DNA of 64,000 nt from Callorhinchus milii (GCF_018977255.1 NW_024704743.1:38566001-38630000); one strand, 5' to 3'. Shown: positions 34,693-47,670, numbered from the stretch's first letter. Notes: generated from the letters alone by a model not told the origin. Program-made: numbers and translations.

Positions 34693-35409
34693 CTTAATAC
34701 TTAAATAGTTGCATTCTAGAAATTCTTGCAATTGCACTCATTGTAAAAGCAACCAGTTAAAAATTGTTGGGACTCAAAGCAATGTGCAGCAAAGGAGGTC
34801 CACTGAAATCTCTGACCCAACCAGCTCGGAGATTTGAAGTGTAATTTTTGCCCAGTCCTCACCAGGACAAGAGTGGAGCTTCAATGTGACCCTTGTGCTG
34901 ATGCTATATAAACTGGTGAAAAAAATATAAAATGTTTTCAAAAAAAGTAATCTATAGAGGGTAGAGGTTAGATTGGTTTAAAAAGTAAACTGTCCCTGGC
35001 CTGATAATTTGTTTTAGAAAAATTCTAATAATCGAGGAAAAAAGCAATATGCATCAGATATTAATTTGTGATTTATATTGCATCATTTGAGTTGGATGTG
35101 AAACCTCTTACGCTGAGATGCATTGTGTGTTGGTGCAAGCCTTCCCGGCAACAGCGCCCCCTTGTATCCCCGGAGGACCTATGCATAATTCGCCAATCTG
35201 GAGAAATAGAGCTATTTTCCACTGGAGTGATGATTTATCAGTTGCTTTCTGCACTTCTGGTGTCTGTCCTGAAATTGCTCTTCACAGCCCTGAATCTATG
35301 ATTATTTGCTCGTCTGCCACCTTGGCGTCTGTAGAAATTTATTTTCAGATTTACTTTCTCAAACTCATTTGGCATCTTATATCCGTCTATTTGCCAAGGG
35401 CCCTCATGT

Positions 35410-36020
35410 GAGGACCTGGATTGAGCAGCTGGTGCTGAGTACGCCACCCTGAAGGCAGATGCCTACTAGATAGCTGATGAGAAAACTCTGAGGCTTGGGG
35501 AGACAGCTGCTGGAAGGCATTACCTGGAGTCCATATTCGTGAACGCATGTTTGCACATCCAGCACCTGGAATCCACCTTGTGTGGCCTGCAGAGAGGCAA
35601 GCAGCCGCTGCTTAAACTCCACACCTCTAACTGGTGGAAGCATCACTCAATGGGAAGGGGCGTGTGTGCCTGAGCTGCGGACAGGAAGATGGCGGCAATG
35701 CTCTCACATATTTCATGCTGAGCTATGGTGCCCACCAGGAAGCTCGCAGGAGTTCCTGGTACCTACCATCACGAGTGATGGTTCAAACCCATACTCTCGG
35801 CTGTCGAACGACCAACTGGTAACTATCCTCCTGGGGGAGGAGGTTGAGCAGGGTCTCTTTGGAGCTGAGGTAGCTCCAAGGTGACATATTTGGCAACAGA
35901 ATGTTGGGAGTGAGTCAGCTCTCTGTGGAGGTCCAAGTAGTCTGGTTCCTGAGCCATGTGGATCCACAGGACTCCAGGGCATTGCCGATGACTGCACATC
36001 CAGTCTGGATCAGGAACTGG
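35410..36020 (+). mobile_element. Degenerate non-LTR retrotransposon C-terminus (RTE-X-like, decayed zinc knuckle) and start of 3' UTR
   Basis: Joined across frameshifts: EAWETAAGRH..LCGLQRGKQPLLKLHT..VCLSCGQED..LTYFMLSYGAHQEARR..LSNDQLVTILLGE..IWQQ. Confidence 0.55.
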
Positions 36021-36044
36021 ACATTTGATATAACTTGTAATATC

Positions 36045-36375
36045 CCAGATAATTCACAGATAATTGTGGCCAGATGCAGTAACTGCATTTGTAGACAGAA
36101 ACTACACCTATTTTGCACACAGAAATGACCTACAAACAGCAGTAAAAGTAAATGACCAATTTATCTAGAGGATTGTTGGCTGAGCACTCAATCATAGCTT
36201 GGGATCTTTACCGTCCACCTGCACAGGCAGATAGGACCTTAGTTTAATGTATCATTCAAAGTTGGCATGTCAGGCAATCCAGAGCTTTGACAGCACTACA
36301 CTGGAGTGTCAGCCAAGACCATGAGCTCATCTCCTGATGTCGAGCTTGAATTCGCAATCTTTTGGCCCAAAGGTG
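36045..36375 (-). mobile_element. Deu-type SINE (decayed)
   Basis: GGGATCTTTACCGTCCACCTG.ACAGGCAGA..CTGGAGTGTCAGCC. Confidence 0.7.
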
Positions 36376-36474
36376 AAGAAGAAGACATGGATCGGTGCAC
36401 GACTGGCATAATTAAAATCTGTGTGAATTCTACCAAAGCTTATGAAACTACTTGTCTTACAAGTTCATACATTG

Positions 36475-36615
36475 CATAGAGTTACATAGACTCTTACAGC
36501 TTTGAAACAGGCATGTTTATACTCCGCATGAGTCTTCACCCATCCTGAGCCCTTCTCCCCATTGCCCTCCCATACCCTGCTATTTCCTTCTGCCTCATGT
36601 ATTTCTATCTTGAAT
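36475..36615 (-). mobile_element. CR1-type 3' end
   Basis: CATAGAGTTACATAGA..TACAGC..GAAACAGGC terminal motif. Confidence 0.5.
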
Positions 36616-38359
36616 GAAATGGCTCATAACATAAAGTTGATCTGGTGTTGGCTGTTATGCAGAAATCACTGAGACAGAGTAGAAAATGTCATCATTGAAA
36701 ACCACTAGCCTGCATGGCTGACAATTTACAAGGCTGATGTCAGTTTTAATTGGTCCAGCTCCAGGTTTTATTGGACTATGTCCAGTGATCCAGTGTTATT
36801 ATAGTCCCCTGAGGGAGTTGTATGTCCCCTCTGGAAAAATTACAGAGTGAAGCTATCAGCAACATTATTCTGAAAAAATAATAGAGCTACACCCCTGGGT
36901 TTTATTAATTCATTTTTGTTTAAAGGTGCACTATCCATTTTTCTGACCCTCATAGTTCAGTGGTATGAGTATAAAAACATATCGCAAAGTCCACTATTTT
37001 TCTTTCATTTTAACTGCGTAAAGACATTTCATTAAAGTTGAGAAGTGTGCTGTAGTGAAGATTAGTCCTTAGACTTTGTTTTCCTCGTGGGAAACCATGT
37101 CTATAGGTTCTTTAAGAAATTCATATCTGTTAAAAAGACGCAGTAAAGCTCTTAGAAAGAGATTAGAAGATGTAAAGTGATATTTCTTGTGGATATGATT
37201 GTGAGTTTTTTAAAAAAAAGAAATCTTAAAATACAGAGGTGAGGGATAAAGACTGCTTTAAGAGTGACAGGTATCGATGAGAGATTTAAAAGCATCTCAC
37301 TTAAAGGTATTGAAATATCAGGACAAGATTATGGATACATTTCTTGTATTTTCTTTGTGAGAAATTGATTCCCCTGTCGGGTTGGTAAATGCACTGACCT
37401 TGTTGGTGTGAGCTTATATTCTCCCACATTATGATCTTGATAAATGGACACCTCCCACCTCTGTTTTTTCCCATGCTGCCAAAGAATTGGATTCAGAGAA
37501 ATGTGAGAAATGTATGATGGAGCTCTAATGTGAGTCTACATGTAGAAATCCTCTTTCTAGTTGTTCGTATTTGTGGGATATTGTGGTGCACAATTTGCTG
37601 CTATGTTCGCCTACTACATGCACAGTCACTAAACTTTACAGCAAAACCTGTGAAGAGCTGTGAGACGTCCACCTAATGCAAAAGATGCTGTACCAAATAT
37701 ACGTATTATTATGTAATTCTATGTAATTCTACATGTTCAACCTATATACAGGGAAATAAACATACCCTCAAAATTACTACAAATGTGGAAAGAATGAAAA
37801 TAATGTTATCCTTATGACAATGCTCTCATCAGCAAACGATAATAATATACATATCAACAGTTAATCTGGAGATAGTTCCTTGAAGCTTTTTTTTAATCAT
37901 TCTTATCTGGAAGAACTGCGGGATGATTATTCAGGCACGGTACATCTCCAACACAGTCAAAATGTTCTGTCCATGTGTCTCTGGAGTCTGAAAACTGTAA
38001 AGCAACTTGTAAATCAAGTTGAAGAGGCAGGAGTCATGAATAGGATGGTCAGTTGAGGTAGTTTATCCTCTTGGGCAGTTTCAGCTGTAGTTTGCACTTT
38101 AAGAAGGTGGCAAAAGGTTGTTCCTGTGAGCATGTGCCAAAAACACAGCAATGTACACCATAGCTTCCTCTCAAGCCTTTCCTCCAATCGCAACCTGTTC
38201 ATTCCTTGCATCTTGGATGGAAAGCTGCCCACAAGCGTGTGGTGGAGAAAATCAGCCACCATAGCCTGGTTTTGGGTGGGGTGGTGGTGTTTGGCGTACA
38301 ATCACCCGGAGTCTGGCAGAAAATTCAGGAGGTAGAAGTTTGATGAAGATTTGCACATT

Positions 38360-38530
38360 CAAAGCGATTGCTCTGGGTGAAAAAGTTTCTTCTAAACTCC
38401 CCCTTAATTCTTCCAGTGATAACATTGTTGAGTCGATGCCCCTTGTTATTGATTTGCTAAGCAGCGGGAACAATCTTTCATTATGTATCCTCTCAAAACC
38501 TTTCAGAATTTTGAAGACCTCTTTTAAATC
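38360..38530 (-). mobile_element. CR1 RT C-terminal fragment
   Basis: DLKEVFKILKGFERI..LFPL..SITRG in ORF 38252-38533. Confidence 0.8.
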
Positions 38531-38639
38531 CAAAACACTTGGACTCCTTCGAGCCAGAATGCATCATTGATGACATCTGTTGAACAGAAAACCTGGCTGG
38601 AAAATTCCAGATCTCAAAACTTTTGTGCATTTTTACCAT

Positions 38640-38950
38640 GAGATGAGACAACCCACGCAGACACAGACTCATCAGGGTTGCTCCTAATTAGTGGTTTAGG
38701 TTGGCCACGTGTGTGGAACACCCCACTGAGAAGGTCACATGTTACATAACTTTCCCGTTTTTAATGTCACACAAGGAACGTCCCAATTCCCAAGATGTTG
38801 AGCTTGTTTTGTGTGTTTATTCTGAGATCAGGCCTGCAGGAGTGCACACTCTTCCAGGTTGCTTCTAATTAGTGGTTTAATACTGCCATGCATGAAGAAT
38901 ACCCACTGGGAGTGTTGCACTTGCACTTTACATAACTTTCCTATTGTTTG
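38640..38950. repeat. Diverged tandem duplication, period about 181 bp
   Basis: GGTTGCT.CTAATTAGTGGTTTA (CTAATTAG at 38684 and 38865), CCCACTG and TTACATAACTTTCC (38742 and 38928) are each repeated. Confidence 0.8.
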
Positions 38951-39889
38951 ATAGTCGTGTTAAACCCCTCCTATTGCTTAGATCTGCTCTCTGCTCAATG
39001 ACTGACATTGCATTCAATGCTTTTAAATCTAGAGGACTGGTTGTTCATGCTGTTAAAGGGGCACATTTTTTTTCCCATTCCGTACAAAGTCGCAATAGTG
39101 AGTTGTGTCCAAAATGGTTCATTGGTGCGTTTGTTAAGCATGGTATCACTTAAATATGATGTCACTATGGGAAACAACATAAGTTTTCATGTTCCTTTTC
39201 CCCCCCCAAAAAAAGATTTTGCAGCTTTTTTTGCATAAAGACACTGCACTTTCGCTTTTAAACAAAACGTATTCCTGGGAAGTGTACCAGTCTGTTCGAC
39301 GGATCGGAACGGAGTTTGCTGTGTCTGTGACGCCCCTGTCTCCAACCCATCCTCTCCCCCGGGGCTGAATGTCTTGCCAAGACACATTGCCTGCTGGGCT
39401 CACACACTTCAATGACATACCGGAGAGAGGCTGGTGCCTTTGGAACTGACTCAGGACAAATAAGCACCTTAAGAAAAGGGGGGAGGAAACGAGTAGAAAG
39501 CCAGCCCAAATAAAAAGGTCATCAATATCGGTTTGGAACTGTATTTGAAAAGAATAGAAGTAAAGGTTAAAATTATGTTAGATATGAGAATCAAACCCAA
39601 TCTTTTAACGTAATCTTTTACATTTTAAATTTTAAATTCAGTGTTTTAAATCATATTACTATGCAGCAAGAAACAATGTACTAGAACATAGCTATTTTGG
39701 CATTACATTAAATCATTTAAATCTTTTATTCCCCCGCCCCCCCCAAACTAAAAAATTGAAAGTGTCGCGTTTTAACTGTATTAATTCAGAGACAGTAGAT
39801 TTGGCAAGATATCAAGTTTAATCGATACAATGGAACAGCTATGATTCTGTTAAGGGAAAGGCTCAGAGCATCGTGTTGTTAATAAGCCT

Positions 39890-40760
39890 TCATAGTATGC
39901 AGTCACTATATTTTACCTACAAATATACAGTCACTATATTTTAAAGTAAGTTCCTGTGAAGCACTTTGACATGTTTTGACACTTTGCTAAAATGCTGCAT
40001 CAAATGCAGAGATTATTATGATTTATTATTTGTACCTGCTGGAGTGCATAACCTACAGGGCAAATGAAACCAAACCAGATCTCTCCACCACCAGCAACCA
40101 TTAAGGTCAGTGCTCTGAGTCCTGGCAGCAGTCTCATTGGGATAACATCCTCACTGATAGATCTATAGGGTAAAACATGTAGGTGTTTGATAATTTAACA
40201 CTAATAATTAACTATGGAGTTAGATTATAGAACATCTGCAAATTTCACTCCATATTGTCAGGAATGAGACTCAATCACAGATTATAAACCTAACATTATT
40301 CAAGTTACAATTATTACTTGCCCACAAAACACAGTGACCGCATATTACATTATATCCCGTAAAGCGTTTTCAGATGTCAGATGTCTCTCAACTTGATAAA
40401 CTGCTATATTAAATCCAATTAGGATTAGTATAATAATCCTAGCATTTAATATAGTACCTTTCATGTAGGGAGGCCAGCTCAGAGTGCTTCACAGGATATT
40501 CTGCCAAATGTAGTAACTGTATATTTTTGTAGGCTAATGGGCCAGCCAATTTGCACACAATTGCTACAAACAGCCTTGAAGTGAATGGCCAATTTTATTT
40601 GGTGATCATTGGCATGTTTCTGGGAGAATCTTCTCTTTTAGTGTTGTGCAATTGGATTTTTAATGTCCTTCTGAACAGGACCTATGTTTAACATATTATG
40701 CAAAGGATGGCACCTTTACCACCTTTATCTTTGAGTGTAAGCCCAGACCACGAGTTCAAA
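39890..40760. mobile_element. Cluster of Deu-type SINE pieces (39890-40030 +, 40318-40430 +, 40427-40760 -)
   Basis: Shared tail and core motifs. Confidence 0.7.
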
Positions 40761-41084
40761 GTTCTGCAAAATTAGTAAATGCCTAAATATTTTGGGGGAA
40801 TACTCAAATATTTGGTGAGTTTAGTCATCTCTTTGAAAACTGACTGACTATTTATGCCACATTTTAGGTCAGGTGGAGGTCTTCAGAAGCACTCTCCCAT
40901 CCTTAGCTACAAACTGTGTCTGCGACCATTCAATGAAAACAACAACTTGGATTTGTAAAACGACATTCTGCTTGTTTCTGAATCCCTATATGAAGTAGCC
41001 AGTCATTAAAAAACACGAGCTGCACTTTGTGAGCCAAGCGTACTTAGCCAGACCTGTGCAGACTTTGAAATTCTCTAAAAATTA

Positions 41085-41285
41085 CAACAACTTGCACTTA
41101 TATAGCGCTTTCCACGCAGGGTAGTGTCTCAGAGCGCATTAGAGTGGTGGAGCCTGACTCCGAGCCGGGGGTGTGTGGGAGGTGACTGTAAGCACTGTTG
41201 AAAGGGAAGGTTTTGAGGTGGGACTTGCAAAAAGAGAGAGAGGGGGCAAGGCAGAGGGATTGAGGGAGAATGTTCAAAAGAGAGT
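41085..41285 (-). mobile_element. L2 3' end
   Basis: Reverse NILPQSLCLAPSLSFCKSHLKTF; (TTG)n tail. Confidence 0.8.
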
Positions 41286-42384
41286 GTAAAAAACCCAAAA
41301 CAGACAAAATTGATGTCAAAATATATTTGCTCTATTTACAAGGATTAATGCATAATATCAAGATTGTGCACTGTCCTTCTCCTCTTACCTCTGTGGATTT
41401 TATTGAAATATCTTGGGGGAAACATATGGATATTTAAAAAAAATTCTGCGATCTGTTTAAGTCATTGATGGTGAATATGTTAAAAACTTTGCTGTATAAC
41501 TGCTGAGGTCTGTTGGGGAATTTAGTCTTTACATTGACGCAAAACAACGGCTATTTCAGGACATTTGGCCAGTTACCAATACAGTGAACAAGCTAATCTT
41601 TCCCTTCTGTCAATATAACAATGATCAACGTGTTGACTTCTTGTTTTGCATCAAATACATTGAACCTTCTTTAATTTCTGTTGTTATTTGCTTCAACTGT
41701 GAATATAGCAATGCATAATTTATTTATATCCTAACGGATAATCTCTGAGCCCAAGATTCCAGATTATAGGCCTGAAATTTCAGATAAGATGTTAAATTCA
41801 GGTCCTGTTTGCTTGTTCAGCTGGATATTGAAGGTCCCATGGTACCACTCGAAAGCAGAAGGGAGTTTCTCCAGGTGCAAGAAACTTTGGGCTTCTGATT
41901 CTTGGGGAAGTAAAGAGGGCAAGAGGCCCAGTGGTGAAGGCATATCATTCACAATTATTTTGACCTAGAAATGTTTTTTCAAAACAGCCTGGTTGTGTAG
42001 TCCATCTGTAATCGTCAGTTTAGTGTGTGGCCATCATGGGGTTCAAAATACAGTACGCACAACCGAGAGTTACACATAGTGGGCATTGGCTGTAAAACCC
42101 TCCATTGATCAGTGCTTTCAATGGGAAGAGGAGGGAAAATGTTGCGACACAAATCGTAACTCCTTCAGGTATGTAATCAGATGTATTTAAGTATTTAAAA
42201 TCCACAGAGGTGAGAGGAGAAGTACTCCCAAAGTGAAAGGTGCTATATAAAAGTAAATTTGTATTGTTTTATATTTATGTATCATGCCAACCACAGCAAC
42301 TCTGCTCTGACAGTCAACAAAAGTAGAATGTATGGAAGCGGAGATCCCTGCGGGTTGGCATGATGTACATCTGGTTACCTTAAA

Positions 42385-42573
42385 AAAATGTTTGGTCACT
42401 CAATTCACGACTGTTTGTGGGACACTGTTATGCACAAATGGCTACCGGCTTTTGCCCACAAAATATAAGATCAATTCATTTTACAGTATATTCAGTATAT
42501 GCTTTGAGACGTCTCAACAACGTGATAAGGCACTGGATCAAATGCAAAGATTAGTATTATTTATTATTATTAT
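42385..42573 (+). mobile_element. SINE 3' half
   Basis: GACTGTTTGTGGGACACTG..GAGACGTCTCAACAACGTGATAAGGC. Confidence 0.8.
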
Positions 42574-43674
42574 CTGCAACAATTGCTGTTTATGATTTTG
42601 AGTCATTAGTTGTGGCTCCTTGTTGCGTACATCTCACTTTTAGACTGTAGTACTTCTTAAAAGGGCATCCGCTTCTGTTTGGCAAATTCGCTTTTCATTC
42701 GTTTATCCGTAAATATACAGCACAGCAAGGTAAATTCTGTGAAATTGTGCCAGAGTGTTCCTTTAAAGCCAATGAAACTGATGCTTGACTCTTCCTGCTT
42801 GTCTTTCTCCCTGAATAACAGAACGGTTTGCCAAACACTTTTCCAAGACTGTACTCCTTTAAGTATTCCCCAGTGCTGTAATTTTGACCAGCGATAATTT
42901 GCTACGGTTTGCTGAAGCAGTAAAAAAAACGAACACAATGTTTTGTATTGTATTATTCAGGCCTGACCGTAACATAGGCTTTTCAGTGAAGGATTTTGGA
43001 GACACTCAGATCAGTTGAAACTGAGCAATTGTTGCCCACTTGCATCTTAAAATAATTATACTATATTTTAACTAGAAGCCAGCTACAAAAGTCAGGATTA
43101 GTAAATTCCTGTCATGTTCGTACTGAGACATGGCAATGTATTCTAAGCTCAGCATGTACGTCTGCCTATGCTCATTACATTAGCCCTCCATGTTCGTGAT
43201 GGTGACAGCTTAAGAAGCAAACTCGGGATCTTAACTAAGATGAAACACTCCATATTCCTGCTGTATCAAGATTTGTATACGTGTGTTGATGTCTGGGGGG
43301 CATTTTTAATAATTGGTAGCTATTCAAAGAAAGAGCAACAAGCAGGAGCAGTGGAGTTTGAAGGCGTGCGTTTGGTTGCCAATTTATACTGGCAGACGTC
43401 TAACTTGGCAACAGAATGAGACCTAACCCTGAGGTGGTTCTCATTGTTGCTGATGCCAATTTGGAGTTTGCAGCTCCAGTAATTTACAGTGGCAAATGGA
43501 GGTCGGAGAATGCAGCTTCCTTTTGCTGTTCTAAACAAGGCATTAGGCATGATTCATTTAAGCAGACACAGGTTGATCAGGAATAAAAACTCAAAGATGA
43601 TTCCTGGGCAGCCCAGTTCCTGGTTAGTCCTTTACCAAAATATTTTTACATGTTCCTGAGTCATTTAAATATTT

Positions 43675-43940
43675 TAGAACATAGGAGCAGGACTAGGCCA
43701 TTCAGCAAGTTAAGCCCCTTCTGACAGTTTGTTTGATGGCAAGTCTTTTAATCTCGTTTCCCCATCTTTTGTTCTATACCCGTTAACTCCTTTAGTTCCC
43801 AAGTATCTATCTTTCCATCATTCTTTTTTGCCACAATTGGTTCTGCTTTTTTATACTTTAAGTATAAAGAATACAGTATAAGGAAGCATGGAACTATAAA
43901 AGAGCCAATTGGCCCATCAAACTCTTTCCACAGTCTGCAC
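43675..43940 (-). mobile_element. CR1-type 3' end fragments
   Basis: GAACATAGGAGCAGGA.TAGGCCATTCAGC and GCCAATTGGCCCATCAA terminal motifs. Confidence 0.55.
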
Positions 43941-45007
43941 AATACACAAGACCCCGAAAGCATACTTTTCTAATATATTAGCTGCACATTTGCTATCCAG
44001 CAACCACTGACACTTAACATTAGACTGGATGAACAGTAATGGCAATGGGAAAACTGAGTTTGGGCTGATCCAAAATTATTTCACAGAAGTTTATTATAAA
44101 CCATAGAATTATTTGAAGTGACAGCGCTTTTAACCTGTTTAAGATGATGTGGATAGGTTAATGGAATTCCTTATTATTTTATAAATTAAGGCAATTTTTT
44201 AATGAGTGCTAATTTAATATAAAATGCAAAACTTTATATTTGTAAAACGTTTTATTATGGATAACATGTGTTCTCTCCTCCAAACCTCAAATAAAGCTAC
44301 AGTGTTTTAAGCTTCTAAAATTTGTAAGATTAGTAAAACTTTATATTGTTTGCTTTCTGAACTCACATTGGAATATTATGCATTGCACTATAATGCACTA
44401 TTGGGTCAACTCCCAAGTTTTGTCACTGTGACGAAAATTACACAATGCTCTTCTTCCTTTTCTCACTCTCCAATTAATAGCAAAAAATTATTGCCAACAT
44501 TTCGTTCAACTCAGGAACTGAGGGAGAGAGGGGTGAGTACAAAAGAAATTTCATAAAGGAAATTCATTGACCCCAGAAGATAACAGGTGAATATTTACCA
44601 AGATCAATCGAATCACTGACAATCAAAATGTCACTCCATGAATGTCTACAGCCAACTGGGACAGAGAAGCCACACTCAAAAACCATCTTAAGAAATGTGA
44701 GAGATAAGGTTTATTTATTAGTTTTAGGAGCTCATTAAAACTTAGGGTGTACTTGAGGACCGGAGGTGAACGCATGTTATCCTTAATTATAGTACAGTAC
44801 TACTACTACTAATTTTTGTGTTGGATATGGCACCTATTATGTCAAAACATCTCGAAGCAGGTAATTCGTAGATAATTGCTGTACTGGCTACGTATTTTCA
44901 AGCAGATATGGAAGCCAATCTGCATACATCAATATCCTAGAATATTCCCAACAGCCAGGAACTGAATGATCAAACTATTTGGTTCCCCAAGAAGCAAAGA
45001 GGCTTTA

Positions 45008-45210
45008 ACAGCCACTTGCATTTATATAGTGCCATATCACATGGGTAACAGTAGTGTTTCAGAGCACTTAACAGTGGGGTGGTTCAGCACCAAGCTGGAA
45101 AGTGAGGGGAAGTGGCTGAAGGCACGATCGAAGAAGAAGGTCTTCAGGTGTGATTTAACGACAGGCAAAGATGGAGCAAAGGGGAGAGATTGAAATAGGG
45201 AGTTCCAGGC
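45008..45210 (-). mobile_element. L2 3' end
   Basis: ACTTGCATTTATATAGTGCC tail; GAAGAAGAAGGTCTTCAGGTG. Confidence 0.7.
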
Positions 45211-45399
45211 TATAAGAAAAATTTAAGATAGACATAAAAAAAAGATCATGCCAGACAAATCTACTGGGCATGATAGGGCGAACGATTTTGATTAATTTCA
45301 GACTCATTTACGTTTTTCTTGTACTTATATGGTTTGGGAGCAATGTCAGTACCCAGCTGGAAGAGCAGAGGCTTTTATAACAATAACAATAAGCAGTGT

Positions 45400-45590
45400 A
45401 CCAAAAACAATCATGGATTGAGTGACCATTTTTTTGTGGGGGAATTATTGCCCCCTCGACTAATAACTGGATTCCTACTTACTGCTAGGTAAACAGAGGC
45501 ATGTGGAGTAAGGAAACTTTCTTGGGGTTTCGGCCCACCTGGGAAACAAACCTGGGTCCTCTTGTTGTGAGGTCAGTGTGCTACAGGATT
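45400..45590 (-). mobile_element. CORE-like tRNA SINE (5' half)
   Basis: TTACTGCTAGGTAAACAGAGGCATGTGGAGTAAGGAAACTT is the reverse of the 31775-31820 core. Confidence 0.8.
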
Positions 45591-46444
45591 TTATGGAATT
45601 ATCAATGATTCAGAGGATAAGAATGGTAGTCAAGGGAATTAATGGACAGGCTATAAATTCTCATTTCTTTTTGATTGCCCTCAGCAGCATAAAATAAACC
45701 TTATGGTTTGGCATCTGGATTATCAGTGGAGTGTGGAGTTGTGCAATATTTGCTCAAAGGAACAAAACATGCTGATGTGAGAGACAATAGAGAGAAATTT
45801 GTGTGCATGTTAAATGGCCAGAAACAAAGGCTAAAGGGAGTCCAGACGACATCTATGTCTTTCTAACACGCTCATAATGGGTACCTCTTTTTGCCATTAA
45901 ATAGCACAAGAATTGCACCATAGCACCACTGAAATCATAGACTTTTGCAGCACAAAAGAGACAATTGGCTCATCGAGTCTGTGCCTATTCCATTAAAGAG
46001 CCATTTAGACTCATTCCATGCCATTGCGTGACGCTGTCTGAGATCTACAAACAATGCAAGTTCTTGCTGCTGCATAAACACTGCACTTCCACAATTAGAA
46101 GAACAATTGCATTTATAGAGCATCCTTCACTTAGGACAATGTCTCGGAGCACATTTTATATAGAGTGTGAGGGTCATTTCGGAATTGTGAAATATTTGAG
46201 CTCTAGAAAATTGGACATGGTTGTGTTCAGCAGAATTCATTCGGTTGTAGGATGGTTTCGAAATATTTATTACGTCGAGCTGCCAAATGGTGTCCTCTGC
46301 CTAAACTTTCCTCTTTTCCAGTGTGAGGAGGCATGCCCACTTTTTGGCCAGAATCTTCATTCACAAGATTGGTTGTGTCCAGTTGATCTCGCCCCTCCAG
46401 AACACCCACAGGCTAGCGTCTCCCAATACAGCATCACGCTGCTT

Positions 46445-46688
46445 TAATAATAACAATCCTTGCATTTGATACAGTGCTTTATCACGTCTTCAAGACGTCT
46501 CAAAGGGCTTCACAGAATACACACTAACGTGAATTGACTGTGTAAATTGTGGGCTTTTTTTAAATGAGCCCAGTGTCCTGGCCTCAACCACCCTTCCTGG
46601 GCAACCTGTTGGGGAGTCATTAACTACCCTCTGAGTAAAGACCAACTTCCTGGTGTCTGTCCTCATCAAAGATTGGCCCATTTTAATC
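46445..46688 (-). mobile_element. SINE tail (46445-46555) next to a CR1 fragment (46560-46688)
   Basis: RTDTRKLVFTQRVVND..PGRVVEARTLGSFK. Confidence 0.75.
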
Positions 46689-47151
46689 ATATCATGGCAT
46701 ATCGTGGGTGCAATTCCTCATAACCGTCGGGGGGGGGGGGGGGAAGGCACCGTTACACACATCCACCTCCTTTTTAACCCCCTGGTGGACTGCACAATTT
46801 CCATCTATGGACAATAATTGAAGTGCCTGCAAGTGCTGCAGTTGGGGAAGAGCAAAGCGGAGGAGAAAAGGGCGCCTTCGGCATAGACTCGCGAAGGGAA
46901 ACTGTGAGAACAGGGAAACGGGAAAACCCTTCTCGCTCTCTGGTCAGGGGCTGGAGAGAGGACAAGTTACCTTTAAGGGCCGGAAGGGTTCTTGTCCACC
47001 CCCTCTGTCTGGGGGGGTGGGGGGTGGGGGGCGGTGATACCCACTGGGGGTCGCTCAGTGACGGGGCATCTCCGCTCTTGCGGCTGCAGCACTGACCCCC
47101 CCACTGGGCGATTGGGGGGCAACACAGCAACAAGTGTGGAGGGAGGAGACA

Positions 47152-47207
47152 GTCACTCACACACTCACTCACTCACTCACACACTCACTCACTCACTCAC
47201 TCACACT
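47152..47207. repeat. (TCAC)n microsatellite
   Basis: Direct reading. Confidence 0.9.
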
Positions 47208-47670
47208 CCTTGTCCCATCTACACCAGGACCTCCCCCCCCGCCCCCCCCTCCCGCCCCACACTGGCCAGTGCCAGTGCCCCGGTCTGCACCAGGATGGGT
47301 GAGTGAGGAGCACATTAAGGGGTATCTGATGCCCTCCTCCACACCCCCTCCACAGAGCAGAAGGAGAAGGAGGAGGAGGACCAGAACCAGGAGGAGGGGA
47401 GGAGGGGAGGAGGAGAGGAAAGGAACAACAAGAGGAGAAGAACAACAGGAGGAGAAGAGGGGACGAGGGGCAGCGCCTGTGGATTCCAACTGAGCTGAGC
47501 TGAGCTGTGCTGTGTGGGGAGGGGGGAGGGAGGGAGGGGGTGGGGGGGGGGGGGGGGGGGGGGGGCTGAGTGCTCACAGCCTGTGTAGAGCCGGAGTGAC
47601 GGGGTGTGAAGGGCGGCTGCAGAGTTTCGTGTGAAATGCAGCGATTCGTGTCCGGTGTCGGAGCCTGAGC

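Noticed and set aside
45965..46447. 160-aa ORF
   Set aside because: Crosses CR1 and L2 tail remnants; non-ATG start; no recognisable homology
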